Source: the human T2T-CHM13v2.0 reference genome, Homo sapiens. Taken from it: 64,000 bases of DNA. The notes below the pieces were generated by a model. That model did no database searches. It was not told where the DNA came from and saw nothing but the letters and a program-made list of their open reading frames with translations. The stretch is taken from NCBI RefSeq assembly GCF_009914755.1, contig NC_060936.1, one strand, 5' to 3'. This document shows, piece after piece, positions 1-15,824 of this stretch; positions within the stretch are counted from its first letter, which is position 1, and the number at the start of each line of letters is the position of its first letter. The position numbers and the translations under genes are program-made.

Positions 1-224
1 GAATACATAGGCAACGTTGATACAGATATTGCTCAAGAAAACTATTTTTCACAGGGCAGTGGTTAAAAGAAAGAGGTTTGAGAATCACAGCTATTTAATG
101 ACGAAGAAACATAAAAAGTGTATTGTATTAGAAAGTAGTTTATAGAATGCTGAGATAAGAGAGTGACTTACTGTGACTTGCATAATCATTCACTTTCCTT
201 GAGAAATCATACTGATTAAATTCT

Positions 225-515
225 TTCTCTTTTCAGACAGAGTCTTGCTCTGTCGCCCACACTGGAGTGCAGCAGCACAATCTCGGCTCAATGCAACCTC
301 CGCCTCCCGGGTTCAACCGATCCTCTTGCATCAGCCTCCTAGGTAGCTGGAACTACAGGTGTGTGCCACCATGCCTGGCTAATTCTTGTATTTTTAGTAG
401 AAATGGGGTTTCAACATGCTGGCCCGGCTGGTCTCAAACTCCTGACCTCAAGTGATCCACTCACCTTGGCTTCTCAAAGTGCTGGGATCACAGGTGTGAG
501 CCACCACACCCGGCT
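225..515 (-). mobile_element. Alu (AluS-like)
   Basis: Full Alu dimer, reverse; TSD ATACT(G/C)ATTAAATTCT. Confidence 0.95.
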
Positions 516-744
516 GATACTCATTAAATTCTGTTCACCTTTTTTTCTCAACCTCTTTTAAATCCCATAGGCTCCAAAACTGTATCCTGAATTTTATCCT
601 CAGTATAAGAATATAAAACCCTACTTGATAATTATATGTAATACAAATATGATTATTCTTTTAAACCGAAAAATATCAACAAGCAAATAAGAAATGATTC
701 TTTATAAAAGAATATGGGGAAATGCCCACAATATATTAAGAAGG

Positions 745-1115
745 TTTTTTTTTTGTTTGTTTTGTTTTTTAAGCCTACAACACTACAAAACTACAAATCT
801 TTGCTGGGGTGATTTTTAGATAGGGATATACATAAGTGAAATTTCACTTAATTGTATACTTAAGAGTTGTATACTTTACCAATGTAAATTATACCTCAAG
901 TTAAAAAGTTAAAAAAAAAAAACAGGCTACCATTTGAGACTACTATGTATCACTTAAAATACCTATTCCTTTAACTTCTATGTCTTGCCTCCTGAAGTTC
1001 CACATACCAAATGCAACTGGTATTCCTAGTAGTCTCCCATTCAAGTACTAACCAGATCCAACCCTGCTTAGCTTCCTAGATTAGATGAGATCAGGTGTTT
1101 TCAAGGTGGTATAGC
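745..1115 (-). pseudogene. 5S rRNA processed pseudogene, split by a 233-bp insertion (784-1016)
   Basis: 771-783 (AAGCCTACAACAC) and 1017-1115 (CTGGTATTCC...CAAGTACTAACCAG...CCCTGCTTAGCTTCC..GAT..GA.GAGATC...GGTGGTATAGC) match the reverse complement of 5S rRNA contiguously. The poly(A) tail appears as a T-run at 745-770. TSD-like AAG(G)TTTTTT at about 741 and 1116, next to a TTTT/AAAA L1-endonuclease-like site. Confidence 0.92.
797..1016 (+). repeat. Local duplication, copy 1 (of 2460-2680)
   Basis: 220 bp aligns end to end with 2460-2680, with about 12 substitutions and 1 indel by manual alignment (about 94%). Confidence 0.95.
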
Positions 1116-1219
1116 AAGTTTTTTTTAAAAAGGATGCAAATATGGAAATGGAAAAGGATAAAAGAATATAGGAGAAAACACACAATGTATTTTTTAATGC
1201 CTAATATGATTTAAAGTTT

Positions 1220-1595
1220 TATATTAGTCCGTTCTTATGCTGCTAATAAAGACATACCAGAGACTGAGTAATTTATAAAGGAAAGAGGTTTGACTCACAG
1301 TTCCACACAGCTGGGGTGGCCTCAGGAAACTTACCATCATGGTGGAAGGAGAAGCAAACACCTCCTCCTTCACATGGCGGTGGCAAGGAGAAGCGCCGAG
1401 CAAAACAGGAAAAGTCCCTTATAAAACCATCAGATCTTGTGAGAACTCACTCACTATCATGAGAACAGCAGCATGGGGGTAACTGCCCCCATGATTCATT
1501 CAATTACCTCCCACTGGGTCCCTCCCACAACACATGGGGATTATGGGAACTACAATTCAAGATGAGAGTTGGGTGGGAACACAGCCAAAACATCA
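1220..1595 (-). mobile_element. THE1-class MaLR solo LTR
   Basis: TATATTAGTCCGTTCT...CACAGCCAAAACATCA matches the reverse THE1 LTR; 5-bp TSD AGTTT/ACTTT. Confidence 0.88.
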
Positions 1596-1797
1596 ACTTT
1601 ACTAAAAAAATTCACACAAGACTAAAAGAATGCATCCTGAAGGTTAAAAATAATGGTTGTGAGACCCACTTTTATTTTCTTCCTTAATTTTTCCTTTATT
1701 TTCAAAATGTCTACAATGAATAGTGTTTCAAGTAAAAAATTCAAGAAGTTCTTTCTTACATAAAAAGCATTAAACGGTAATGTGGAAAAACAACCAA

Positions 1798-2075
1798 GGC
1801 TGGGTGTGGCAGCTCATGCCTATAATCCCAACACCTTGGGAGGCTGAGGTAGGCAGATCACTTGAGGTCAGGAGTTCAAGACCAGCCTGGCCAACACGGC
1901 AAAACCCCGTCTCTACTAAAAATACAAAAATTAGCCAGGCACGGTGGCACATGCTACTTGAGAGGCTGAAGCATGAGAATCGCTTGAACCTGGGAGGCGG
2001 AGGTTGCAGTGAGCCAAGATCACGCTACTGAGCTCCAAGCCTGAGCAACAGAGCAAGACTGTCTCAAAAAAAAAA
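1798..2075 (+). mobile_element. Alu with small internal deletion
   Basis: Alu dimer with A tail; TSD GAAAA(A)CAACCAA. Confidence 0.95.
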
Positions 2076-2459
2076 GAAAACAACCAAATTGCTGGTGAAA
2101 GTATGAAATTCACACAACCACTTCAGAAAACTATCTAATAGCATCTACTAAAGTTATGTGGAATGGATAAATACACAGGGTGGGGTGAGGTGTAGAAAGG
2201 GAGATCCTATTCACATAACAGAATCCTATAAACTGATTAAAAAAGAAAAGAACATTGAACAAAAAGAACAAAATACTGCTATCTTCAACAACATGAATGA
2301 AATACATAAATGAGTAAAGAAGGCAGGTACAAAAGGATACATACTGCAGGTCTCCAGATAAAATAAGATCTGGTGATAAGACTCAGAACCAGGGTTAAAT
2401 CTGTGGGAGAATGACAGGAGGGACACAAGGGGGCTTTCCGGACAGTTGGAAATGTCCCT

Positions 2460-2680
2460 ATCTTTGTCGGGGTGATTTTTACATAGAGATATACATATGT
2501 GAAATTTCACTGAATTGTATACTTAAGAGTTGTATACTTTACCAATGTAAATTATACCTCAAGTTAAAAAGTTAAAAAAAAAAAAGCAGGCTACCATTTG
2601 AGACTACTATGTATCACTTAAAATATGTATTCCTTTAACTTCCATGCCTTGCCTCCTCAAGCTCCACATACCAAATGCAA
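2460..2680 (+). repeat. Local duplication, copy 2 (probable donor; old L1 3' end plus unique flank)
   Basis: Matches 797-1016. Here the sequence is continuous with the upstream L1M-like remnant (about 2090-2585), so this is the original site. Confidence 0.9.
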
Positions 2681-3440
2681 TCCTTCTTTTAACTGATAAC
2701 CTCTAAATACTCTGAAAACATTTTTTTCCCCAAGAATTCTAGCATATTCTCTGTTTACGGCTAAATATCACTAATTCCTTTAGCTATTTTTCATATTATA
2801 TATACTAAAAAGTATATATGCCAAGATCGTATGAAAAAGATCACATTAAAATATAGTTGGATAGTCCATAAATAACAATGATCACATAAGGGCCATAATA
2901 GCAGTGGGTAGAAAGTACTAAAATATCACGGAGGACATAAAGAGATCTTTTTGTGACTAAGAGGGTCCATACGGGTCCCTACATATTTGAGCATAATTTT
3001 GAAGATTATATAAGAGTTCAAGTACCAAATCAACTGGCAAGAACCTCACTGAGCACAGACACTGCTGATTTTAAAAGTTCATGGAATAAACAAACAGTCA
3101 GTCAACCAGTGGTAGACAGTATCTGTAAGTTATAAAACAGGATAAGGCTAAGTGGTAAAAGATCTGAATATAATGCAAAGACTGTAGTTGTACTACAGAT
3201 GATTTTCAACCTCTTTTTACCTCAACAGACGAACAGAATCTGCTATGTTCCCATCAGTAACGGTGGCTCAAGTAAGTAGTAGGAGAAAGTAGAAAAAAAC
3301 ACTTTAGAATTTCAAGATGATGCTTGAAAAAGCTTATTTAGAGTTTTTAGGAAGAAGGGTGACGTGATCAGATCAGTATTTCAGAAAGGTCACAGAAGCA
3401 ATAAGAAGAGGAAAGGGCCTGAGCTAAACAACCACCGATA

Positions 3441-6129
<2,689 letters not shown>

Positions 6130-7839
6130 TACTCATGAAACTGTATTAAGGAAGCTTAGGAGGAAATGTTCAAGGTTTAATGAAAGATATGAAGAGTTAA
6201 GATGCAGGAAGAAGACATTCATGAAGATAAACACCACAGATTCAAGCAGCAGACTGGGAAAAGAAAGATGACAATTTTATTTGTTTTGGATATGCTGAAT
6301 TTATAGGTGTCTGTACACCTATCTAACCATATAGATCTGGAGCTGTGAAAATAAATGTGGGAAGAAAATGTCAATTTGGGAATTATCTGCATTGAGGTAA
6401 TAAAACAATGGGACTTGAAATCATTCAGGGAAAGAGTGTAGAGAAGTGATTTTGAAAACAGTAAGGAAAGGGGTAAGATTAAATTATGATCAGGATATTG
6501 TGCTTGGAAAACAGACATTTGTGATACCTTAGTCAGTAAACAGCTAGAAATAGAAAGTTCAAGACACCATCTAGTACAGAAGACAAATACAAAAATAGAT
6601 GATTATATCAAAAGGAATATGGTAAGACAATTTCAGACACGTCCACTGGTTTTTATGAGAGCTGAGAAAAGGAGAACTAAGAAGGAATGGTGGTCGTCAG
6701 GGAATATTTCCTGGAGGTGATTCATATATTTGAGTTTAACATAAGAACAAGTGAAAAACAGGTCTGGTATATAAAGACGCAAAGCCAAATACGGTGAGGT
6801 AAGCAAGATCCAGAATAGGGTCTTATCTGCCATCTTTTGAGTAATCCTTTGACACTTAAGATAAAAGACTTTCATGACAAATTGGTAATTTTTAAAGTTT
6901 CTCCATTTGAAGAAGGTGATTACACTGGCTCTTTGAAAGACATTAACACACAGAAATAGCTATTCTCCAATAAATGAAACACTGCTAATTTTGATTTTAA
7001 ATGTATATACTTTTAAGTCGACATAAGAAACACCAACAAAATACCAATACCAAAAGCAATTAATGTTAAATCTGCTTGTTCTTTTGTTTATAAATGTTTT
7101 TGAAATATTTTAATATAAATTAAATGCTAAAAGCATTGCCGCAAAATATATATCATATATCAATCTCAAATTAGTGGTGTAAATTGTTCAAACTGTTGTC
7201 CTCAACATTTATAAAGTACATACAAGAAACTGGCAAAGCATGCCCATAAAAATATTGTTGCTAGGAGAATCAAAAGCTAACACATGTAGCACATTAAGAA
7301 AAACAAGACTTGCTGACTTAAATTTCTGACTAAATTTGGTCAGTTTACTGAACCATATAAGGAAAGAAGCAGAACGGCTCAAAAACACTTTCAAAATCTT
7401 ATCTGACATGGTTTACCTTCAAGTTTTTCTTGAATGTAAATGCAGAACAATTACCAATAATAAATGGCTGTGTGAAGACAGTTTTGTCATTTAATTCCAC
7501 GTACAGGCAGCTTTGTCAACTTGAGTTGTAAACTGATTCAAGTACATAAAACTTTAGTTTTTATTGTTCCACACATGTTCATAAGGAAAAAATTGAGAAG
7601 CCTGCTAACAAAGAGTTAACAAGGTGTTTATACAATGCTCAAAGCAGACAGAGTCCATGACTTAAAGACAGATCTTGAGATGTGTAGCTTGAAAAAACAT
7701 TAAATTTCATTCCTAAAATAGAACAAGTATGTTTAAACAAACATAATTAAATTGAGTAAACTTGCCATCACAAAACAAGTAGCATTTGAAATAAATTCTA
7801 ACATTGTTATATTCCTTTTCTTGAAATTATTTTTGTTAA

Positions 7840-8050
7840 AAGTACAAACTCTAGAGCCAGACTGTCTGGAATTAATCCAGTTCTGCCATTTACTGGTTGG
7901 GTGTTCTTGGGTAAACTCCCATCTTGTGTGCCACAGTCTCCTCCTGAAAATGAGGATAATAATAGAACCCACTACCTCAAAAGTTTACTATGAGAAATAT
8001 ATGAATATATACAGCGCATAAAGTAGTACCTGTCAAAAAGTTAAACACTA
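7840..8050 (+). mobile_element. MIR
   Basis: AACTCTAGAGCCAGACTGTCTGG...TCTGCCATTTACT...AAAATGAGGATAATAATAGAACC..CCTC MIR core. Confidence 0.7.
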
Positions 8051-8471
8051 TTGTTTATATAGTCCATGCTAATTCTTCCCCATTTAAATTATTTTCTCCT
8101 TTTTATATTATTATTCTAGAATGCATTTTTATCCCACTATAAATTATGAAACAGTTAAATGGCAAAGAATTGTCAAATATTCCTTTTAGTGCCACTTTTG
8201 GTGGCAGGTGGCAGGTAAGAGTCCCACCTGCCAAAAGTTTCTAAGAGGATGGTTAAGTTTTAAAAGATGCCCTAAGAAAATCTTAGGGATTACAAACATC
8301 CTTCAAACAAACTTTTCTGCAAACTCATTCATAAGTTTATATATGATTCAGAAGAGCAAAGCAAAAGAAAAGAGTTGTATAAATGTAATTATAACAATTT
8401 AGGTGAAAATGAAATTATAGTCCATTACCCGAAATGCTTGCAATTTGTGCCTAATCATTAGGAACAGCTAA

Positions 8472-8714
<243 letters not shown>

Positions 8715-10759
8715 TGACTCTTACGACAAGCTCAACTGGTACAAGCAGAAATTGTGTGTATATACTAGAAAATATTTCATGCCCCAAGCATTCAGGGCGA
8801 CATAAATGTCAGTATGTTTAAAGAGGAACTGAATTGGATACTGTCCAAGCAATGTTTTTGTTCTATTTTAAAGAAAACTGAAGTGGGACATTTCAAAGGA
8901 GGAATTATGGGTGTGGTTTACACAAGAAAGACAAAGAAAAACTCCAAGCAGTACTCCTATACTAAATAATAAAAAAGAAAAACCTAGCTCTTGCATTAGA
9001 ATACTGGCAAATGAAAAGCAAGTACAATTTTAGGAGGCCGTCTATATTTAGTTATGAAAACAAAGAGTCCAGCATTGCATTTAAATTGACCTTTTCTCAC
9101 CTTTCTACTACCTCAGGTGTGAAAATCTAGATGTAAAAACAGAAATCTATCCACACAATAATTAAATATTCAAATGAGATTCAAATGACAAGATGACTAG
9201 AACAAGAAATCCAAAACATACACAATGGCTAGACCATAGGGAACTCTTCATTTGGACAAACAAAAGTTGAGGCTTATATATAGTATCTAAGAGTAATTAT
9301 AGAAGAACAGTGTCTGACAAAGAGAGATCACAATATATATTTGTTGACTGAATGAACTAGACATAGCAAATACAGGATATAAAAAAATCTGACGAAAACA
9401 ATTCAAGACAAAAAACCCACAAAAGTTTCTAAAGAAAAAGTAATTTAATTACTGTATAAATATTCATTCAACAAATACTATATATTTGAATGAGAATGCC
9501 AAAAACTAGAAACCACAAATATCCAAAGATTAAAATATGCTCTTTATCTATTCTTGTTACATAGCTCTGTTATTTCCTTTACTGATAAAAATCTATAAAG
9601 TAGTACATTGAACCTAGATTTTTAGAAGCCAACACTTTTATTTGGGGACTTAGTAAGGGCACAGAATTTCTTCTGGAGTTTAGTCATTAGGGATACAAAA
9701 TAAATTGAACTTCAGGGTCATTCTTTCATGAATAATTTTTACTGACTGCCTACCACATATAACCTAATGCAGTAAGTCATTCATTTTGGTAGATACAAAG
9801 ACCAACACTAGAGGGCATATTTTCCTGTTTCCTTTGTGCACAATGCCTAGCATACAGCAAATACATAATACATATGTAGTGAACCAAAATACTAATTTCT
9901 TAAATAAGTAGGCATTTATGACCTACTGTGTGTATGTATACATAAAACTGTATTAAGTACTGTGTAAGACATGCTGACTTTATTAGTATTTTATGTATTT
10001 CCACTCTTCTCCTGGCTAGATTATAGTTCCTTAAGAATAGAAACTGCCTTACACATTCCATAATTCCTGACAGTGCTATTTCAATAAATTTTTGTTGATG
10101 AACTAAAATAAACAATCTTGTCCACAGGATGCCCAATTAAGAAAAAAAGATAAGCAAGTAAGTAGAAAAATGCTATGAAATTTAACAGCGATATAGCGAA
10201 ATAAAGGAAAACTCAATATGTGAATGGAAATAAGTTATAAGAAAACTTTTTGGAGAAAATAAATGTTATGCAGGTCTCATTACTGTCTGCACTCTGGAGA
10301 CAGGGTGGAAGGCAGATACAGAGAAAGGTTTCCTTGCTGAATTCTATCGTTTATCAGATGTGGTTCACAAACTCAGCTAGAGGGGTTTAATCAATAAATA
10401 CACTCAATAAATATACTAATGCGAAAATTTTAGTTTCAGGGAAACAAAAGCTTCTACTTACTATTTACTTAAAAAACAAGTTACAAAAGAATACTCATAA
10501 TATGACACAATTCTTGCTGTTGCAATGTCTAATGAAAAGCCTGGAAGACTACACACCAAAGCGTTAATTAACACTTTAAGTCATTAACCTCTTAAAGTCA
10601 CTGAGTTATTTCCCAAAAACATCTCTACAGTAAGGACATAAAATTGTTACAGTCTTCCAAAACAAAACATTAACATAGTTAATACACATAGTTGTTAACT
10701 AATTGTTTCTTGATGAAACAGTGTTCAGCAAAACAAGTGGGCCATAAAGAGAACAGATT

Positions 10760-10935
10760 AATAATTCAACAATTATTTACTGAGTGTCTGCTACAGCCAG
10801 ACACTATGCTGGCTGGTAGGAATACAATGGTGAAGTATACAGACCAGATACCTGAATTCACACAGCTTAGAGTCCAGCACAAGACACGTAACTAAACACA
10901 CAACAACAAAAAGAGCTATGATAAATGCTATGGAT
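10760..10935 (-). mobile_element. L2 3' fragment
   Basis: ATTCAACAATTATTTACTGAGTGTCTGCTAC.GCCAGACACTATGCT, an L2 3'-end signature. Confidence 0.65.
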
Positions 10936-11354
10936 TTAACTAAAGTACTTAACCAATATTTGGGGGAGAGGAGAAATCAAAATCTCTGAAGGTGGTGCCC
11001 AGAAATTTCCTCTTTAAAGAAGTTGCCCATCTAACTTGTAAAATACATTAGATTGTGAACCACTGATACCCACAGTAACCAAAGCTAGAGGAATAAATAA
11101 CAAGGCACAAGCAGCATGTGTAAAAAGTGATCAGAGAAAGCTACATCAGAACCCAGAGGGCATGAGTATTTAAGAAAGGGGAAACAACAGAGGGTTGAGA
11201 AGCAGTAGCTTGAAGAGGCAGGAGGGAAAGAAATAAAATGCAGTTACATAGAAGCAAGGGGAAAATGGAAAATAGAATTATAAGAAGTTCTTCCTAGTAA
11301 AAATGGCAGAGTGAAGCCACATTTTACAGAATCCATGTCCTAAATAAACACTAA

Positions 11355-11545
11355 CCCTTACTTACATAGCACTTTTATACGTGCCATGGAACTGTTCCAG
11401 GTAGTTTACATATACTAATTCATTTAATCTTCACAACAACCCAGTAAGTGAGAACTATTACTACCATTTAACAGATGATAACTGGCAAAATTCAGGATTT
11501 TAACCCAGCAGTCTGGCTTCAGCATCTGTACCCCTAACCAATAGG
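11355..11545 (-). mobile_element. MIR
   Basis: TACTAATTCATTTAATCTTCACAACAACCC...CATTTAACAGATGATAACTG, reverse MIR core. Confidence 0.7.
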
Positions 11546-12412
11546 CTACACAACTAAACAGCAGCAGCAAAAGGTAAAATAACACCCCAAAACAATTTGG
11601 TTCTATCTATCAAAATTCAAAGGCACATATCCCTTGACAGTGCAATTTCATTCTAGGAATTTATTCTGCAGATACAATCACATGTGCAAAATGACATGTA
11701 CAGAATTATTTGCTAAGTTCTGGTAAGTGTAAAACTGGAAACAATTTAAATGTCCATCAATAAAGAACTAATTTATGGACTAATATGAAACAAATTCCTG
11801 GATATTTTGCAAAGTGAAAAGAACAAATGTAAAACACGAGTAGTCTCTGACCAATGTGATATATTTTGTGTGTGTGTATTTGTTCACATATGGATTATCT
11901 CTAAAAAGATACAGAATAAACACTATGGCAATTGTGACAGAACATGTCCAGTTCAACTGAAGGCCCTATAAGGGAGTAGGAAATAGAGCCCTAGTAAATG
12001 AATGTCACAGCAAGGAATGGCCTACATAGTAACATGCAGAAGAGAAAGCTGATGGGCTCTCACTTTGCTTCTTTCTCCACCAGCCTAGTGATAGAAAAGA
12101 CAACAAAATCCAGGCTCTGAGCTGCTCCCCACTGGGTTCCTCATGCCAAGTGAGCCACAATGACCACCAACACATGAGGTAGGGAGACACTGACTGGGAA
12201 ATAATATCTCCCATATCCCTGTATCTTTATCTGGTTTACAACATTTGTACTGTTCACTTGCTATTTTGATACAATTCTGCACTGGTTCTAAACTTTTCTT
12301 GCCAATCCTTGAATACAAATCAGCCCTCTGTAGTCTAACCTAATTCAGCAACTATGAACAACACATACTACAGGAAGAAAAAATTAAAAAGAAATGGTGG
12401 GGTTGGGGTTAA

Positions 12413-12768
12413 TGTGTCTTGGTTTGTTTGAGCTGCTGTCATTTTTAAAATATCATAAACTGGGGGACTTATAAGCAGCAAACATTTATTTCATAATTTT
12501 GGAGTCAGAAGTCCAAGATCAAGGCACTGGCAGATTCCATGTCCAGTGAAGGTCTGCGTCCTGACTCATATACGTATCCTCATATGGTGGAAGGGCAAGC
12601 AGCTCCCTTGGGCCTCTTTTATAAGAGCACTAATTTCAATTTAAAAGGGTTCTGCCCTCATGACCTAACCATCTCCCAAAGGTCCCATCTTCTAATACCA
12701 TCACACCTTGGGGTAAGGAATCCAAGATATGAATTTTTAGGCATGACAGAAATATTCAGACCATAGCA
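12413..12768 (-). mobile_element. MaLR solo LTR (MLT1A/MST class)
   Basis: AAACATTTATTTC...AGTCCAAGATCAAGG...TAATACCATCACA...ATTCAGACCATAGCA. Confidence 0.8.
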
Positions 12769-13575
12769 GTATATAAGCATGTAAAACTTCAGATAGAGAC
12801 AGCAGTGTGGAAGAGGACATAACTTGAAAAACCAAAGAAAATGCCCTACATTTTGAGGCTACTTAATAACATTGAATAAAATAAGAGATCAAAGGTGGAT
12901 GATAAATCTTATTTAACAACAAAATAAGCACGGTTGAAAAACTCATACAAAGTAAATTAGAAAGGATTTAAATATCATACACTCTAATAAGGTAGAAATA
13001 GTAACATGGCTAACAAAATGAGATGAAGATTAAAATGGATGAGTGCTGACTTCCTCATCTTCCCCAGTAAGCAACTAATTGAGTAAGTCCAAAATTGAAA
13101 TGTAGTTAAAAATTATCCTACACAAAAATATCCACTGAAATGTTTTCAGGCCTATCTTCTAAATCTTAAAGAAATCCTTAAGAAAATACTCTCTCTAGTT
13201 GTAAAGGAAAATTTACCCAAATTTGAACCGTTACTTCAGTCTTCTAACATTTTTTAATTAAAATAAGCATATGTAATATGCATCCTTTTTAACAAAAGTA
13301 TATCAAAGGATTTGTATAAAGAGATTCTGAAAAGATGCTTTCTAATTAAACAATGGTTAGTTACGGACAATCAACATTAATTGAACAACTTACTTTTTAA
13401 CATAAAGCATGGAGGCCTAGCTCAAAACCGTTTTAAAAGAGAGCCAAACCTTGCCTGCAATAAACTCATAGGCCATCAGACATAAGCATACACATAGATA
13501 AATTTCTAATATTAACTCTCTAATCTCAAATTCTCCTTACTCCAGTATACATAGGTAACTTCAGAAACCTCAAGA

Positions 13576-13596
13576 ATACACACACACCACCCACCC

Positions 13597-13648
<52 letters not shown>

Positions 13649-13681
13649 TCACTCACTCTCTCTCTCTCTTTCTCTCTCTCT
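13576..13681 (+). repeat. Compound (CA)n/(CT)n microsatellite
   Basis: Directly visible CA run (about 20 pure units) followed by a CT run. Confidence 0.97.
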
Positions 13682-14267
13682 CCAATTGAGAAAAAGGGGA
13701 AAGGTTTTGGAAGAGAAGGGAAATTTTTTTTGTCATGTCATGACATGGAAAGAAAAAAAAAGTTGGAAGGCAGGGGGGAACTACATTCCTGAATCCTTTT
13801 CAGAAAGAAAGAGCAAAGATATGTATAAGAGAGACTGAGAACCTAGTAATTATTCAGCTATATTCAGATATGTTTTTAAAAAAATAAAAAATGAAGTTAA
13901 GAATATATAATTCTGGATCCTGGGGATGATGAAGGATTGAAAAAATCTTATATGGTTATCTTAACTAAATAATATTTTCCATTTTAGACAACCAAGTTAC
14001 TCTGCATTTCTGGGACCACTGATAAGGGGAGTTGAGGAAACAGGAGTTAATACTTCAAAGTCACAAAATAAGAGGGGCACTGAACATTTAGATGGGGGCA
14101 GAGGGGAAAGAAGCAAAGATAAAATTGATTCAAGTATCTTGTTGAATAGTGAGAAAGGGAGATAACAAGCAGCTCTTAAGGCATAATAAATAGGAACCAA
14201 CTGCTAAGTACATGGCAATGTAAATTGAAGAATGTAAAATACCACAAATATTATATTAGTTTGCTTA

Positions 14268-14770
14268 TAGTAGGTAGCCTCTAAGGTGGCAATGATCACT
14301 ACCTCATGGTAGTCACACACTTGTGTAACTGCCTCCCCTAGACTGGGTGACTTGTTTCTTACAAACTTAATGAGACAGAAGTAATAAGATGTCACTTCTG
14401 AGATTAGGTTATAAAAAGACTATGGCTTCCATCTTGGCATGCACCCTCCTCTCTTGCTCTCTCCTGGATCACTCACAACCTGGGATAAGCCAAATGTCAT
14501 GCTGGAAGGCAGCCATGTTGAGAGACACATGTGGCAAGGAAGCAAGGCCTGCCAATAACATAAGTGAACTTGGAAGCAGATCCCCACCCTACCCTACCCA
14601 AGCCTTCAGATGAGATGGCAGTCCCAGCCAATAGCTCGAGGAAAATATCATGAGAAACCTTTAGTCAGAAGCACCCAGCTAAGTCATATCCATTCCTGAC
14701 CCACAGAAAGTGTGAGCTAATGTTTGGTATTTTAAGTTTGGGGGTAATCTACTATGCAGTGATAACTAAT
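14268..14770 (+). mobile_element. MLT1-class MaLR solo LTR
   Basis: GTAGCCTCTAAGGTGG...GTCACTTCTGAGATTAGGTTATAAAAAGAC...CCTGACCCACAGAAA.TGTGAG...GATAACTAAT. Confidence 0.75.
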
Positions 14771-15525
14771 GGCCATACTGTTGGATTTTGATGAATGTAT
14801 AAAGTATTCATACCAGTCTTCACTGCTTAAGCTTATGTGTATCCAAACATTATGTTCCCTTCCGCAACTTATAATATCTGTCTTTTCTCCTGTATTTTCA
14901 CCCTTCTTAAATGTCATCAAGTAAGAGTTACCTAAACTTAGTCCTCTCTCTCCACTTGCACAAATTCAAAGCTCTAATAACACTAGACCACCCTCCATTT
15001 CTTAAACATGCCCAATCCGAAATTATAACTTGAGAACCAAAAAATAATAATTGTCTGATAATGTGGCAGTACTCATGATTAACAAGTAAAAACTATACAA
15101 AACAACAGTCTAACCAGAGTTATTCTAATAAATAATAAAAATTATTATTCGTTTAATATTTACTTTTGAGGAGACAGGGCAAATGGCAATAATTTTTTTA
15201 AAAAAGAAATGTCAACTTTTATACATTTGCATTGAGGGAAATATAAATTTTCTGCTGCATAATTCATTCATTCAATCATTTTCTTCGATGCTAGTACTTT
15301 TATATTTAAAGTTTTAACACCTCTTCAAAGCATATCACTATCCTGTCAAAAGGGGAAGTAATAGGGCAGAAATAAGAACACCTGAATTTTTAATCTGCCT
15401 CCTGAAACAACTGTCAGTATGGAGCCCTTCTGAGAGTAAAGTTACTTAAAAAAAAAATTATCATAGTATTTCCAAACTGTTTCCATGAAACTACTGAATG
15501 GCAAATGTTAATAAATGCTCTTTGA

Positions 15526-15824
<299 letters not shown>

